IMG/VR virus record: IMGVR_UViG_3300022922_000066
Location: 1-26,068 of that record
Reading direction: 5' to 3' (one strand)
Source: a virus
Lineage: Duplodnaviria; Caudoviricetes
Length of the DNA: 26,068 nucleotides
Numbering within the stretch: the stretch's first letter is position 1; each line of letters opens with the position of its first letter. A program made the position numbers and the translations under genes. Under the pieces are notes generated by a model, which did no database searches, was not told the DNA's origin, and saw only the letters and a program-made list of their open reading frames with translations. Below, piece by piece: positions 25,832 through 26,068 of the stretch.

Positions 25832-26068
25832 GATATTCTTGCACCACCAATAGAGCTCGTGATCATCGAGCACGTGTTTCATGATGTTTACTCTATAACA
25901 AACTAACTGTAAATTCATTTTGGTATATGGACCGTCGGGCTGGATTCGGTCAACGCTGGCATTAAAATCATGGTAGCCCCCACCTTTTCTCCACGTCATA
26001 ATATTATTGGACAACGCACAACGGCCCTCTTGTTCTTGCCACAATTCAAAAAGATCTTCTGGCACAAG
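25808..26068 (-). CDS. HNH-like (beta-beta-alpha-Me) endonuclease-family protein, probably 5'-truncated by the window edge
   Basis: LWQEQEGRCALS...ASVDRIQPDGPYTKMNLQLVCYRVNIMK matches the phage S.DRI...Y...N.QLVC..VN.MK HNH-like pattern. The frame is open to 26068. Confidence 0.7.
   Translation of the reverse strand, partial: LVPEDLFELWQEQEGRCALSNNIMTWRKGGGYHDFNASVDRIQPDGPYTKMNLQLVCYRVNIMKHVLDDHELYWWCKNIVTNREEY

Noticed and set aside
41-26068. Stop-codon reassignment or alternative genetic code
   Set aside because: Genes are full length and tile the window under the standard code, and TAA, TAG and TGA are all used as stops.

Overview
The whole window is the morphogenesis region of an AT-rich tailed dsDNA phage with podovirus-type architecture. 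All credible genes are on the minus strand and are tightly packed, many with TAATG or ATGA overlaps. In transcription order (right to left): a partial HNH-like nuclease, terminase small and large subunits, a P22-like portal, a scaffold, a 219-nt structured intergenic leader, an N4-gp56/DUF4043-type major capsid with an intrinsic terminator, a small protein with a basic tail, two adaptor-like proteins, a GNAT-like protein, and four putative ejection proteins (the largest, 2080 aa, has an HExxH metallopeptidase motif). A multi-gene fibre/appendage module follows: a BppU-like protein, an 18-residue-repeat protein, a collar-like protein, two S74-chaperone fibres, two small fibre-type proteins and one partial gene. 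The most notable items are (i) a multi-stem, potentially doubly pseudoknotted RNA upstream of the capsid gene, and (ii) an apparently branched, cassette-like fibre system with two tandem docking-like domains, two proteins starting MxNTKI, a fibre gene flanked by direct repeats, DNA microhomologies and a sharp CpG shift. All family assignments come from motif recognition and gene order by eye; no database search or folding program was run.
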